Shown here: positions 20,384-31,370 of the stretch, one piece after another | Layout: every line of letters begins with the position of its first letter | Position numbering within the stretch: the first letter of the stretch is position 1 | Assembly: GCA_965218975.1 (NCBI GenBank) | Contig: OZ244717.1 | Span: 1,280,001 to 1,344,000, forward strand | Source: Candidatus Oxydemutatoraceae bacterium | GTDB taxonomy: Bacteria; Pseudomonadota; Gammaproteobacteria; Poriferisulfidales; Oxydemutatoraceae | Direction: 5' to 3' | DNA: 64,000 nt | Made by a program: the position numbers and the translations under genes | The notes under the pieces: generated by a model | Databases searched by the model: none | The model's input: only the letters and a program-made list of their open reading frames with translations | What the model was told of the DNA's origin: nothing

Positions 20384-20754
20384 AGATGTTTAACGGATAT
20401 GACAGATCGTTGCGAGTTGCTGCATTACTCAGAAGAGAGTTAAGTGATTTACTAAGGAGCAAAGTTAAAGATCCGCGAACTAGTCAGGTAACTATTATTG
20501 ATGTTAGAAGCACACGTAGTTTATCGCAAGCAAAAGTGTATATTCGTGCTCCGGAATTAGTTGATCGCAAGCAGGTTATGGCCGGTTTGACGCGAAGTGC
20601 CGGTTTTTTGCGCAAGCAATTGGGTCTAAGACTTAAAATGCGTTGTATTCCGGAGTTGAAATTTATATTTGATGAAACTTTGGAACAAAGTGAGCGCATT
20701 AATCAGTTGATTGCATCCGATGCGCTTGAGTCCGTTCATCGCACCGGAAAGTGA
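20380..20754 (+). CDS. rbfA: Ribosome-binding factor A
   Basis: R..RVA, KDPR, AKVY, PELKFIFD. Confidence 0.93.
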   Translation: MKMFNGYDRSLRVAALLRRELSDLLRSKVKDPRTSQVTIIDVRSTRSLSQAKVYIRAPELVDRKQVMAGLTRSAGFLRKQLGLRLKMRCIPELKFIFDETLEQSERINQLIASDALESVHRTGK

Positions 20755-20973
20755 TTGATTTTGAGTAGCCGCCACTCGCACATAGTACTAAATATTAGGT
20801 AGGTATTTCTCAATAGAGGGCATGGGTAACGTATGCTCCGATGCGGTTATTCACACAATGAGGAATGATAGCGGAGAGCGACGGGTGATGATCAAAAGGG
20901 CAGTAGCGAATTTCCTTTGGAAAATCAAATATGCGGCGGTATAGCGCGGTTTATCCTGTTCCTCTATTTAATA

Positions 20974-20982
20974 TGCTATGAT
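20974..20982 (+). promoter_or_regulatory. Extended -10 promoter element for rnpB
   Basis: TG-c-TATGAT about 6 nt upstream of the RNase P RNA 5' end. Confidence 0.5.
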
Positions 20983-20987
20983 GCTAA

Positions 20988-21334
20988 AGAGCCGACCAAA
21001 CGGTTGCCGCTTAACTGCGGAGGAAAGTCCGGGCTCCACAGGGCAGGGTGCCAGGTAATACCTGGAAGATGTGAATCTATGGAGAGTGCCACAGAAAAAA
21101 AACCGCCTGCTTTTTTACAGGTAAGGGTGAAAAGGTGCGGTAAGAGCGCACCGCTTTGATGGCAACATCATCGGCAGGGTAAACCCCACCCGGAGCAAGA
21201 CCAAGTAAGAAGATTTCTGCCAAGACTGCATGCCCGTGCAGACATATCTTCGGGTAGGTCGCTTGAGACGCACGGCGACGTGTGTTCCAGATGGATAACC
21301 GTTCTCGACAGAACCCGGCTTATCGGTCGGCTCT
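20988..21334 (+). ncRNA. rnpB: RNase P RNA (bacterial class A)
   Basis: GAGGAAAGTCCGGGCTCC, AGTGCCACAGAAA, GGTAAGAGCGCACC, GAGCAAGACCAA, ACAGAACCCGGCTTA; P1 pairing AGAGCCGACC/GGTCGGCTCT. Confidence 0.97.
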
Positions 21335-21394
21335 CATTCCCTAACTAACTGATACATAAAGGATTTCATTCCAACAGCCGTTATTAATTCTTTA

Positions 21395-21412
21395 TAGTGG
21401 TGTAAAGTGGCA
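21395..21412 (+). promoter_or_regulatory. MraZ-binding direct repeats
   Basis: AGTGG repeated at 10-bp spacing (GTGG at 21397 and 21407) upstream of mraZ. Confidence 0.55.
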
Positions 21413-21469
21413 TTTTTTGTATAAAAAGGATACAATAATGTAATATAAGTGACATGAAATAAACGTGAA

Positions 21470-21940
21470 ATGTCCGAGCAACCGATTTTCAAAGGTGTCA
21501 GTCAAGTGACGATTGACATAAAAGGCCGTATGGCAATGCCGTCGAAATATCGTCAGCTTCTGCAGAATTACTGCAAAGGAAAGTTGGTGATCACCGCTGA
21601 TCGCGATGAGTGTTTATTAATTTATCCTCAGCTGGTTTGGTTAGATAATGTGGAACCGGAATTAATCCGTCTGCCCGGTTTTAACAAACAAGCTCGATTC
21701 GTTCAACGGATTACTTTAGGACATGCAACCGAATGCGAAATGAATTCGCAAGGTCGCATCCTGCTACCTCTTCCACTACGAGAATTTGCCCATCTGAGTA
21801 AGCAAGCCATGCTGATGGGACAAGGAAGTAAATTTGAGTTATGGGACTATGAGCGTTGGAATCGCCAACGCGATCTTTGGTTAAAAGAAGAAAGTGACAC
21901 AAAGGATGTGCACGAGGTCTTAGAGAACATCCGTTTCTGA
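21470..21940 (+). CDS. mraZ: Division/cell wall cluster repressor MraZ
   Basis: D.KGR..MP.KYR, QGRILLP, KFELWD. Confidence 0.95.
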   Translation: MSEQPIFKGVSQVTIDIKGRMAMPSKYRQLLQNYCKGKLVITADRDECLLIYPQLVWLDNVEPELIRLPGFNKQARFVQRITLGHATECEMNSQGRILLPLPLREFAHLSKQAMLMGQGSKFELWDYERWNRQRDLWLKEESDTKDVHEVLENIRF

Positions 21941-21941
21941 G

Positions 21942-22925
21942 TTGAGTAGCCACTCTCATGCTGGGGAATTGACAAAACATGGACATCAGCCTGTTTTGCT
22001 TGCTTCGGCAATACGTGCATTACAGATTGATCCGCACGGGTTTTATATTGATGCGACTTATGGCCGGGGTGGTCACAGCAGGGAAATCCTATGTCGACTC
22101 GCTGCCGACGGGCGTCTGCTCGCTTTTGATAAAGACCCTGAAGCGTACCATCATGCCCGTTCGGAATTTGGCGCGGATGCGCGATTTGAAATCCGGCAAG
22201 GCTCATTCACTGGTATCCGGCAGATTAAGGATGAGGGCGGCATGAATCAGATTGCGGGTATATTGTTTGATTTGGGCGTTTCGTCACCGCAGCTGGAAGA
22301 TCCCGATCGTGGATTCAGCTTTCAGAATGAAGGGCCACTTGATATGCGAATGGATCCTGAAACTGGGGTTAGTGCATTGGAGTGGCTGAATAATGCTACA
22401 GTATCTGAAATAAAAACGGTACTTAAAACGTATGGCGAAGAGCGCAACGCCGCAAAGATTGCCAAGGCAATTAAAAGTAGCCCCACTCTCTACACTACTT
22501 TAGACTTAGCAAGCTTGGTCGCGGCTGTATCAAGCAAATTCACCCCTCTCAGTAAAAATCCGGCCACTCGCACTTTTTTAGCGCTCCGGTTATATCTCAA
22601 TCGCGAACTCGAGGACCTGCGTGAGGCGCTATCCGAAGTGCCGGATTTGTTACGTATAGGCGGTAGACTCGTGACGATTAGCTTTCACTCGCTTGAAGAT
22701 CGTATTATCAAACGGTTCGTCCGACGGTTTTCAAACCCGAAACGCGCGCCGGCGAAGTTGCCGATTGCCGACGATTACTCCCAAGTTTGTTTGAAGAAGA
22801 TTGGTCGTCCGATTACTCCCGACATGCATGAGATATCGCAAAACCATCGTGCGCGTAGCGCTCGATTGCGAATCGCCGAGAAGATTGCGAAGGACGTTAA
22901 TGAGGATCGTTTGAAAAATGAATAA
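21942..22925 (+). CDS. rsmH: 16S rRNA m4C1402 methyltransferase
   Basis: HQPVLL, DATYGRGGHS, DLGVSSPQL, GPLDMRMD, ISFHSLEDR, RARSA. Confidence 0.96.
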   Translation: MSSHSHAGELTKHGHQPVLLASAIRALQIDPHGFYIDATYGRGGHSREILCRLAADGRLLAFDKDPEAYHHARSEFGADARFEIRQGSFTGIRQIKDEGGMNQIAGILFDLGVSSPQLEDPDRGFSFQNEGPLDMRMDPETGVSALEWLNNATVSEIKTVLKTYGEERNAAKIAKAIKSSPTLYTTLDLASLVAAVSSKFTPLSKNPATRTFLALRLYLNRELEDLREALSEVPDLLRIGGRLVTISFHSLEDRIIKRFVRRFSNPKRAPAKLPIADDYSQVCLKKIGRPITPDMHEISQNHRARSARLRIAEKIAKDVNEDRLKNE

Positions 22926-23193
22926 ACAAGCGGTTGGTATCGCTGTTTTGGCAATCTTGGTTGTTGTATCAGCTTTTATAACAGTGGGTGTCAAACATTT
23001 GAATCGGATGCATTTTATGGAAATCCAATCGTTATTAGATGAAAGAGATGAATTACGTATCGAATGGGAGTGGTTGCAATTAGGTGTAGATTCTTTCGGC
23101 ACATTGAGCCGGGTTGAAAACTTTGCCGAAAAAAACTTGAACATGGTAGTTCCTACGCACGATCAAGTTATAAGTGTGGTGATTTATGAATAG
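22918..23193 (+). CDS. ftsL: Cell division protein FtsL
   Basis: Short TM plus leucine zipper, between rsmH and ftsI. Confidence 0.85.
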   Translation: MNKQAVGIAVLAILVVVSAFITVGVKHLNRMHFMEIQSLLDERDELRIEWEWLQLGVDSFGTLSRVENFAEKNLNMVVPTHDQVISVVIYE

Positions 23194-24922
23194 GAACGCA
23201 GAAGTTATTACAAGCTCCAATCGGCATTTTTTGGTGCTACTATTTTTTGCTTTGATTGCGCTGGGATTGCTTGCGCGGGCGGTTTACTTGCAACATCATT
23301 TGCAAGAGTATCTGTTGGAAGCCGGCAAAAAATTCCAGCATAGAGAAGTACTGATTCCCTCACACCGTGGTGCTATCACCGACCGCAACAACGAATTACT
23401 TGCGATCAGTATACCGGTTTATGCTGTATGGATAGATCCGAGCAGTTTTGATTATACCGATGTGTCAATCATCCGGATTGCCGAGTTGCTATCCTTAGAC
23501 TCGGCGCGGTTGCAAGAGAAGCTTGAACAAAAAAGGGATAAGCAATTTATTTATGTCAAACGTCAGGTGATGCAGGAAGATGCTTCCGCTCTGCAAAGTT
23601 TAAATATTCAGGGAGTTCACTTCAAACGCGAACATCGCCGCTATTATCCGATGGGCGAATCAACTGCTCATTTGCTGGGAGTTACCGACATTGATGACAT
23701 TGGGATTGAAGGAATCGAGAAAGCGTTTGATCGGTATTTGCGTGGAGAACCCGGCAAGAAATACATTGAGCAGGACCGTTACGGCAGACCGGTTAAAGAT
23801 ATTGGGTTGATTATTCCGCCGCAACCGGGCAAAAAACTAGTTTTAAGTATTGACTACCGCATTCAATATCGCGCTTATAAAGCTCTGAAAATGGCGGTAC
23901 ACAAACACCGTGCGAATTGGGGTTCTTTAGTTGTGCTTGATGTGCGTAGCGGTGAAATATTAGCGATGGTTAATCAGCCGTCTTTTAACCCCAATGATCG
24001 GAGCAATTTCTTTGCCGAGGCTAGACGTAATCGAGCAGTCACGGATGTTTTTGAACCTGGTTCCACGATTAAACCGTTGATTCTCGCTGCATTGCTTCAG
24101 CGTGGTTTGGTCACCTTGGATACTAAAGTGAATGTTTCATCCGGGGTTTATGTTGTTGCAGGCAACACAATTAAAGACATGCGCGACTATGGTGAGTTAA
24201 GCGCGGCAGATGTCTTGATTAAATCAAGCAATGTAGGTATTAGCAAATTATCGGCGCGATTATTGCCTGAGGAGATGTGGCAGTTTTTTGCTTCCGTAGG
24301 TTTTGGTCAAATACCAGGGACAGGATTTCCCGGTGAAGCCGGAGGCACGTTAATTAATCATACGCAATGGCATGGCAGTGACCAAGCAATGATGTCGTTC
24401 GGTTATGGACTTTCAGTGTCACCCCTTCAATTGGCATATGCTTATACTGCAATTGCAAATAACGGCCGGCAACCGGGATTAACTTTATATAAAAGAAAAA
24501 ACAATCATTCTAGCGGCAAACAAATCTTGTCACAAAAAGTTGCGACCGATTTACATAGGGTAATGCAGAGAATCGTCAGTTCGCGCGGCACCGCTGCTAA
24601 AGCGAAAGTAATAGGTTTCTCCACGGCCGGAAAAACAGGCACTGTGCGTAAATATGTCTCCGGTCGATATACGCAAGACGATTATCTGTCGGTTTTCTCC
24701 GGCTTTGTTCCGGCGAATGATCCGCGATTGGTTATCGCTGTTTTAATCGATAATCCCGTCGCTAATTTTTACGGTGGTGAAGTTGCCGCGCCTGTGTTTG
24801 CGCAGGTTGCCGACAGCGCTTTGCGCATTCTTGGAGTTCCTGACGATGAGATTGATTTTCATGAACCTAATGAAAATGGCCGTTACATTATCAGTGATAA
24901 GAGTTTGGTCGGTAAATCATGA
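23186..24922 (+). CDS. ftsI: Penicillin-binding protein 3 (FtsI)
   Basis: RGAITDRN, EPGSTIKP (SxxK), KSSNVG (SxN), KTGT. Confidence 0.96.
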   Translation: MNRNAEVITSSNRHFLVLLFFALIALGLLARAVYLQHHLQEYLLEAGKKFQHREVLIPSHRGAITDRNNELLAISIPVYAVWIDPSSFDYTDVSIIRIAELLSLDSARLQEKLEQKRDKQFIYVKRQVMQEDASALQSLNIQGVHFKREHRRYYPMGESTAHLLGVTDIDDIGIEGIEKAFDRYLRGEPGKKYIEQDRYGRPVKDIGLIIPPQPGKKLVLSIDYRIQYRAYKALKMAVHKHRANWGSLVVLDVRSGEILAMVNQPSFNPNDRSNFFAEARRNRAVTDVFEPGSTIKPLILAALLQRGLVTLDTKVNVSSGVYVVAGNTIKDMRDYGELSAADVLIKSSNVGISKLSARLLPEEMWQFFASVGFGQIPGTGFPGEAGGTLINHTQWHGSDQAMMSFGYGLSVSPLQLAYAYTAIANNGRQPGLTLYKRKNNHSSGKQILSQKVATDLHRVMQRIVSSRGTAAKAKVIGFSTAGKTGTVRKYVSGRYTQDDYLSVFSGFVPANDPRLVIAVLIDNPVANFYGGEVAAPVFAQVADSALRILGVPDDEIDFHEPNENGRYIISDKSLVGKS

Positions 24923-26397
24923 TGCATCCATTAACTAACTTATTGGATGGGTTGGCCGAGTCAAACGAGCTTCTACAACCAATCGGGGTCAATAGTCTTG
25001 TTTGCCACAGTGATGCGGTGCAAGAAGGTAGTCTTTATCTGGCGATGTCCGGACATCGGGCGCATGGTTTAGATTTTCTTGAAACAGCGCTTGCGCGCGG
25101 TGCTTGTGCGGTTGCATGGGAACCCGATGAACGTTATATGACTTTAGATTGTTTGATTCCATCAGTATGTGTTCCTGATTTACATCGTAAAGCAGGGATT
25201 ATTGCCGATCGTTTCTTTGATCATCCGTCCGCCGAATTGCATGTAGTGGCGGTTACCGGCACGAACGGTAAAACTTCTACGGCGCATTTTATCAGTGAGG
25301 CATTAAGTCAAACTTATTCCGGTTGTGGTTTGATCGGCACTTTAGGCAACGGTGTATTTGGCAAGCTTAAGAAAACTGTCAATACGACACCGGATGCATT
25401 ATCACTGCATCAACAAATGTGGGATTTGCGCGACAAAAACATTCGCCATGTCGTATTGGAAGCATCATCTCATGGTTTGGTTCAGGGTAGGCTTGCCGGA
25501 GTCCGGATAGATACTGCCGTGTTTACTTTGCTCGGACACGATCACTTTGATTACCACGGTTCAAAAGAGAAATATAAGGCGGCAAAAAAGTTGCTGTTTA
25601 AAACTTCAAGCTTGCAACATGCAATTATCAACATGGACGATATTTTTGGTAGAGAACTGATTGAGTTTTGTCGTCATCAATGTGAGCTCGTTACTTATTC
25701 CGCGGAAGGTCGGAGCGCCGATATTTGCGCTCATAATATTGAGGTTAATCGTTATGGTTTGCATTTTGAATTACAGTATGGTGATTTTAATGCGACGATA
25801 GAAAACGGTTTAATCGGACGATTCAATATAACCAATTTACTTGCGGCTTTTGGTGTTTTGTTGGTGCAAGGAGTTGGTGCAAAGTCGGCCGCTTCACTTC
25901 TGAGCAAGGTGCAGACAATCAAAGGCAGGATGCAATCCTTCATCGCAAAATCACCCATGCCGTTAGTGATTTTAGATTATGCCCATACTCCGGATGCGCT
26001 TGAAAGCGCGCTGCAAACTTGCGCGGAAATCACGCGCGGGGATTTACATTGTGTCTTTGGTTGCGGTGGAAATCGTGATCAAGGAAAACGAGAACTAATG
26101 GGAGAGGTCGCATCACGACTCGCGCATTATGTAGTAATCACCGACGACAATCCGCGCGATGAAGCAGCGGAAAAAATTGTTGCGGATATTGTGCGAGGGA
26201 TGGATAAGCATTCCGATAAGCTTGTTGTAATCCATGATCGCCGTGAGGCGATACAATCTGCGATCTTTCAAGCACAGCGCGATGATTGTGTTTTGGTTGC
26301 AGGTAAGGGGCATGAGACTGAGCAGATTGTGCGGGGGCAGTCATTGCCGATGGATGATAACCGCATTATTACTGAAATACTAGCAGAGATTCGCTGA
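24919..26397 (+). CDS. murE: UDP-MurNAc-tripeptide synthetase (meso-DAP type)
   Basis: VTGTNGKTS, EASSHGL, DYAHTPD, DDNPR, GKGHE. Confidence 0.96.
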   Translation: MMHPLTNLLDGLAESNELLQPIGVNSLVCHSDAVQEGSLYLAMSGHRAHGLDFLETALARGACAVAWEPDERYMTLDCLIPSVCVPDLHRKAGIIADRFFDHPSAELHVVAVTGTNGKTSTAHFISEALSQTYSGCGLIGTLGNGVFGKLKKTVNTTPDALSLHQQMWDLRDKNIRHVVLEASSHGLVQGRLAGVRIDTAVFTLLGHDHFDYHGSKEKYKAAKKLLFKTSSLQHAIINMDDIFGRELIEFCRHQCELVTYSAEGRSADICAHNIEVNRYGLHFELQYGDFNATIENGLIGRFNITNLLAAFGVLLVQGVGAKSAASLLSKVQTIKGRMQSFIAKSPMPLVILDYAHTPDALESALQTCAEITRGDLHCVFGCGGNRDQGKRELMGEVASRLAHYVVITDDNPRDEAAEKIVADIVRGMDKHSDKLVVIHDRREAIQSAIFQAQRDDCVLVAGKGHETEQIVRGQSLPMDDNRIITEILAEIR

Positions 26398-27737
26398 TGG
26401 CGTGGTTAGATTTGAATGATATTAGCCGAATGGTCGGTGGCGTTTTGCTGGGAGAGAATATGGCGGTTGACGGTGTCGCAATTGACACTAGGGCGATTCT
26501 TCCGAATCAGTTATTTATTGCATTGAAAGGTAAAAACTATGACGGACATGATTTTGCCGCCGACAGTATCGTGGCTGGCGCAGCGGCAGTGATGACAACT
26601 CGACGATTATCTGTTGCCGCACCGCAGATCATTATTCATAACACATTATACGCACTACAAAAACTTGCCGCCGCTTGGCGCTTACGTTTGAGACCAATCG
26701 TTATTGCATTAACCGGCAGTAACGGGAAAACGACCACCAAAGAGATGATTGTTTCCATTTTAAGAGCTTGTAAGAATGTTCATGCGACACGAGGTAATTT
26801 GAATAACCATATTGGTGTGCCGCTGAGTTTACTCGGATTACGTCATGAGCATGAAGTGGCTGTGATTGAACTGGGAGCGAATCATTCGGGTGAGATTCGC
26901 CGGCTTGCGCAATTAGTACAAGCTGATATCGGGCTGATTACTAATGCCGCTGTTGCGCATTTGGAAGGTTTTGGTAGTGTTGAAGGTGTTGCACGCGCCA
27001 AAGGTGAGTTATTTGAGGAACTCGCTACTGCTGCTATTGCCGTGATGAATGCTGACGACGTTTATTATAACTATTGGCGCGGTTTATTAAGCTGCCAACG
27101 ATGCATCCGTTTTGGAATGAAAGAAAATATTGAAATACAGGGAGTTAGCGACGGGCATCAGAACTCAATCGGAATTGACGGGAAATTTTATCCTGTTCGG
27201 CTGCAAATGATCGGTCGGCATAACTTTCAAAATGCGTTAGCAGCTGCAGCTGTCGCAAAAGCGATAGGCATTGCACCACAAACTATCGTTCAAGGTTTAG
27301 CAGATGTTTCTCCGGTAGCAGGGCGTATGAATCAACGCGAAGGCATTCGGGGATCATGTTTATGGGACGATACTTATAATGCAAATCCCTCTTCATTGAT
27401 TGCGGCGCTGGATGTTTTGCATGATACGCCTGGCAAGAAGTGGTTAGTGCTGGGCAATATGGCTGAGCTGGGTGAGACTGCAAAGCAATGGCATGCCGAT
27501 GCCGGGAAGATTGCTAAAGAAAAAGGAGTTGATTATTTGTTTACTGTCGGCGATCTTGCCGCATCCGCAACTACGGCATTCGGTACGAATGCCGAACATT
27601 TTCTTGATGTTGAAACTTTGACTCGGCATCTTGTCATGTCAATTGATCATCGTACTACGTTACTGATAAAAGGATCGCGCAGTGCCGAAATGGAAAAAGT
27701 CGTGGATGCATTGGCGGTATCGGAAACTGAGCCATAG
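26397..27737 (+). CDS. murF: UDP-MurNAc-pentapeptide synthetase
   Basis: TGSNGKTTTKE, NLNNHIGVP, DDTYNANP, KGSR. Confidence 0.96.
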   Translation: MAWLDLNDISRMVGGVLLGENMAVDGVAIDTRAILPNQLFIALKGKNYDGHDFAADSIVAGAAAVMTTRRLSVAAPQIIIHNTLYALQKLAAAWRLRLRPIVIALTGSNGKTTTKEMIVSILRACKNVHATRGNLNNHIGVPLSLLGLRHEHEVAVIELGANHSGEIRRLAQLVQADIGLITNAAVAHLEGFGSVEGVARAKGELFEELATAAIAVMNADDVYYNYWRGLLSCQRCIRFGMKENIEIQGVSDGHQNSIGIDGKFYPVRLQMIGRHNFQNALAAAAVAKAIGIAPQTIVQGLADVSPVAGRMNQREGIRGSCLWDDTYNANPSSLIAALDVLHDTPGKKWLVLGNMAELGETAKQWHADAGKIAKEKGVDYLFTVGDLAASATTAFGTNAEHFLDVETLTRHLVMSIDHRTTLLIKGSRSAEMEKVVDALAVSETEP

Positions 27738-27748
27738 AGAAGTGATAC

Positions 27749-28831
27749 ATGCTTAAAGAATTTACCGAATACCTGACACAATATTACAGTGGTTTTAATG
27801 TATTTCAGTACATTACTTTACGTAGCATGCTAAGTACGCTAACGGCGTTACTCATTAGTTTCATATTCGGCAATAAATTAATTGTCATTTTGGAAAAAAT
27901 ACGCGCAAAACAGCCAGTGCGCGAAGACGGACCCCGCACTCATTTTTCTAAGCGAGGAACCCCGGTCGGAGGCGGAGTATTAATTTTAATCTCAATTGTG
28001 TTGAGCACGATCATCTGGGGAGATTTGACCAACCGATATGTGCTCATAATTTTGTTTATAACGCTTTTATTCGGTTTGATTGGCGGCATTGACGACTTGA
28101 TCAAGTTACGTTACAAAAATAGTTCCGGTTTGACTATGCGCCAAAAGATATTTTGGCAAATTCTAGTCACTTCAATTGTAGTGTATTTCCTATATGTCAA
28201 TTCAATTTTGCCGGTTGAGACTAGTTTGGTCGTACCGTTCGTTAAAGATTTTTCTATCAATTTAGGCGTATGGTTTGTCCCATTTGCGGTCCTTACGATT
28301 ATTGCGACAAGTAATGCCGTTAACTTAACCGATGGTCTGGATGGTCTCGCCATTATGCCGGCAGTGCTAGTCACAAGTGCGTTAGGCATTTTTGCGTACG
28401 CGAGCGGACACATTAATTTTTCTAGCTATCTCGGTATTCCTCATTTACCTTTATCCAGTGAGTTGGTGGTTTATTGCGGGGCAGTTGCCGGAGCAGGTCT
28501 AGGCTTTTTATGGTTCAACACTTATCCCGCACAAGTTTTTATGGGAGATGCCGGAGCGCTTGCTTTGGGCGCTGCAATCGGCATGCTCGCAGTTTTGGTA
28601 CGTCAGGAAGTTGTGCTCATTATTATGGGAGGATTATTTGTGATCGAAGCATTATCAGTTATCATTCAGGTTTTTTCTTATCGTCTGACGGGACGCCGCG
28701 TATTTCGGATGGCGCCCATCCATCATCATTTTGAGTTACGCGGATGGGCGGAGCCCAAGATTGTTATCCGCTTTTGGATTATTACATTGATTTTAGTGTT
28801 GATCGGTCTGACAACACTCAAGATTCGGTAA
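27749..28831 (+). CDS. mraY: Phospho-N-acetylmuramoyl-pentapeptide transferase
   Basis: [27 protein letters not shown]. Confidence 0.97.
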   Translation: MLKEFTEYLTQYYSGFNVFQYITLRSMLSTLTALLISFIFGNKLIVILEKIRAKQPVREDGPRTHFSKRGTPVGGGVLILISIVLSTIIWGDLTNRYVLIILFITLLFGLIGGIDDLIKLRYKNSSGLTMRQKIFWQILVTSIVVYFLYVNSILPVETSLVVPFVKDFSINLGVWFVPFAVLTIIATSNAVNLTDGLDGLAIMPAVLVTSALGIFAYASGHINFSSYLGIPHLPLSSELVVYCGAVAGAGLGFLWFNTYPAQVFMGDAGALALGAAIGMLAVLVRQEVVLIIMGGLFVIEALSVIIQVFSYRLTGRRVFRMAPIHHHFELRGWAEPKIVIRFWIITLILVLIGLTTLKIR

Positions 28832-28836
28832 AACAA

Positions 28837-30201
28837 ATGGTAGGGATACAAGAAAACGATAGGTATTTGATCGTTGGTTTGGGAAAAACCGGGCTCTCGA
28901 TCGCACGTTTTTTGAGCCGGAAAAACATTCCGTTTTTTGCGACAGATAGTCGTGAAGCGCCGGTTGGATACGAAGAGTTTAGGCGCGATTTTCCCGACAT
29001 TAAAGTTAGGCTCGGCGAATTTCACAGAGAGGATTTTTTATCGGCTAAGAGCATCGTGTTAAGTCCTGGAGTGCCGTTATCTACCTCAGCGGTGCAAGAT
29101 GCGATACGCAGCAGTGTGCCGATTATCAGTGACATTGAGCTTTTTGCGAATCATGTCGTTGCAAAGAAATCTGTAATTGCCATAACCGGCACGAACGGAA
29201 AAAGTACGGTTACGACATTGGTCGCAGAGATGTTAACGCAAGTCGGATTTACGGTCGCTAAAGGCGGAAATCTAAGTCCGCCGGCATTGGATTTGATTAC
29301 TTCAAAAGCGCCGGTTGATTTTTATGTGTTGGAGCTATCCAGTTTTCAGCTAGAGACTACGTCATCACTGAATCTTGCGGCGTCCGTGATATTGAATGTC
29401 AGTGAAGATCATTTTGATCGTTATTCCGATTTAGAGGAGTACATCAATGCTAAGCAACGGATACATCGTCACAGTCAAGCAGTAGTAGTAAACCGGGAAG
29501 AGAAGTTCAAAGTTATTGCCGACGTTTCTAAAGTCATCAGTTTTGGTTTGGATAAGGGCAAAGGCCGTCATTTCGGAATAGTTCGAATACAAGGACACGA
29601 TTGGATTGCTCAAAACGAAACACCCTGGGTCGCTTGTAAGGAATTGTCCAATCTGCCCGGCGTTTCCGGAGTATTAAATGCGCAAGCGGCGCTTGCGCTC
29701 GGGCATGCGGTCGGTTTACCGCAAGCAGCGATGCTTAAAACACTGAAGACATTTAAAAGTTTGCCGCATCGTCTGCAATCGTTGGGATTGATAAAAGGAA
29801 TCGAGTGGATTAACGATTCTAAAGCCACTAATGTCGGCGCAACATGCGCCGCACTCGCAACGGTTGATAAACCGTATATATGGATAGCCGGTGGTGACGC
29901 AAAAGGCGCTGATTTTGCTCCTTTAATGAATCGGTTTGACGGCAAACTAAAATTCGCCTTGTTAATAGGGTGCGATGCCAAACATATTGCCGGTGCGTTC
30001 CGATCATTATCATCACCGCCGCCATTTAGAATAGTTCCGGATTTGGGTACTGCGGTACAAAATGCGATGGCGTATGCCACTTCGGGGGATTGCATTTTGC
30101 TCTCGCCCGCCTGTTCAAGCTTGGATTGTTACGGTAGTTATATCGAACGCGGCAATCATTTTATACAACTGTTTCAGGAACAAACATGCACGACTGGTTA
30201 A
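28837..30201 (+). CDS. murD: UDP-MurNAc-L-Ala-D-Glu ligase (start moved to ATG 28837)
   Basis: GLGKTG, ITGTNGKSTVT, ELSSFQLE, NDSKATN, LSPAC.S. Confidence 0.95.
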   Translation: MVGIQENDRYLIVGLGKTGLSIARFLSRKNIPFFATDSREAPVGYEEFRRDFPDIKVRLGEFHREDFLSAKSIVLSPGVPLSTSAVQDAIRSSVPIISDIELFANHVVAKKSVIAITGTNGKSTVTTLVAEMLTQVGFTVAKGGNLSPPALDLITSKAPVDFYVLELSSFQLETTSSLNLAASVILNVSEDHFDRYSDLEEYINAKQRIHRHSQAVVVNREEKFKVIADVSKVISFGLDKGKGRHFGIVRIQGHDWIAQNETPWVACKELSNLPGVSGVLNAQAALALGHAVGLPQAAMLKTLKTFKSLPHRLQSLGLIKGIEWINDSKATNVGATCAALATVDKPYIWIAGGDAKGADFAPLMNRFDGKLKFALLIGCDAKHIAGAFRSLSSPPPFRIVPDLGTAVQNAMAYATSGDCILLSPACSSLDCYGSYIERGNHFIQLFQEQTCTTG

Positions 30202-31370
30202 GCCGCAATCATAAAACAATTGGTAGTATCTGGGTGGATATACCGTACTTGCTTGTGTTCGCTTGTTTATGTTTGTTTGGTTTATTAATAGTCACTTCGG
30301 CATCGCTGGAGTTAGCGGATAAGCAATACGGTAATAATCTGCACTTTGTTGTCCGTCATGCAATTTACTTGACAATTGCGGCGTTGATGGCGGTATTTAT
30401 TTATTTTATCCCGAGTCAGTTTTGGTTCAAACATCTTGACAAAATGTTCATTATGACGGGGGCGTTGTTGATATTAGTGCTGGTTTTAGGCCCGGAAATA
30501 AATAGCAGTCGCCGTTGGTTGTCATGGGGGTCTTTCTCTATGCAGCCGTCGGAAGTAGCAAAGCTTGTAATGATCTTGTTTGTTGCGAATTACATTGCTC
30601 GACGAGGCATTGAGCTGTATTCAACTTTTACAGGATTGTTGAAACCAATAGGGGTTGCTTCAATCTTGGCATTGCTGCTTTTACTGGAGCCGGACTACGG
30701 TGCTACAGCGATTATTTTTGCCATTATTACAGTCATGTTATTTCTTGCCGGCGCCAATCTATGGCGGTTCATTCTATATTTGCTAAGTTGTGCCGGTATG
30801 TTGAGCCTTTTGATTTGGGTGAAGCCTTATCGTTTGGCGCGAGTCAGCGCTTTTCTGAATCCATGGGGTAGTTCTGAGAACGAAGGTTATCAACTCACGC
30901 AATCGTTAATTGCTATCGGTCGGGGATCATGGTTTGGTCAAGGTTTAGGCGATAGCATTCAAAAGCAGTTCTATCTGCCGGAAGCACACACCGATTTTAT
31001 CTTTTCAGTAATAGCTGAGGAGCTTGGTTTTATCGGAGTTCTCGTAATTACTGTCTGTTACTTGATAATTATTTGCCGGTGCTTTGCGATTGCGCGGCAT
31101 GCTGATCGACAAAATATGTTGGCAAACGCGTACGTCGCCTATGGTGTTGGAATTTGGATTGGCTTGCAGGCGTTTATTAACATTGCCGTCACAATGGGAG
31201 TCTTGCCGACCAAAGGAGTTACTCTGCCGTTGATCAGTACCGGTGGAAGCAGTCTGGTAGTTTCATTTGCCGCATTTGCATTAACGCAGCGTATTCATTA
31301 TGAATCATGTTGTGCCGATCCTGTAATCATGCGTCATCATCAACAGGAGAAGCGTGATGTCCAAGCTTAA
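30186..31370 (+). CDS. ftsW: SEDS peptidoglycan polymerase FtsW
   Basis: RRWL, QPSE..K, EPDYG, LPEAHTDFI, LPLISTGGSS. Confidence 0.95.
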   Translation: MHDWLSRNHKTIGSIWVDIPYLLVFACLCLFGLLIVTSASLELADKQYGNNLHFVVRHAIYLTIAALMAVFIYFIPSQFWFKHLDKMFIMTGALLILVLVLGPEINSSRRWLSWGSFSMQPSEVAKLVMILFVANYIARRGIELYSTFTGLLKPIGVASILALLLLLEPDYGATAIIFAIITVMLFLAGANLWRFILYLLSCAGMLSLLIWVKPYRLARVSAFLNPWGSSENEGYQLTQSLIAIGRGSWFGQGLGDSIQKQFYLPEAHTDFIFSVIAEELGFIGVLVITVCYLIIICRCFAIARHADRQNMLANAYVAYGVGIWIGLQAFINIAVTMGVLPTKGVTLPLISTGGSSLVVSFAAFALTQRIHYESCCADPVIMRHHQQEKRDVQA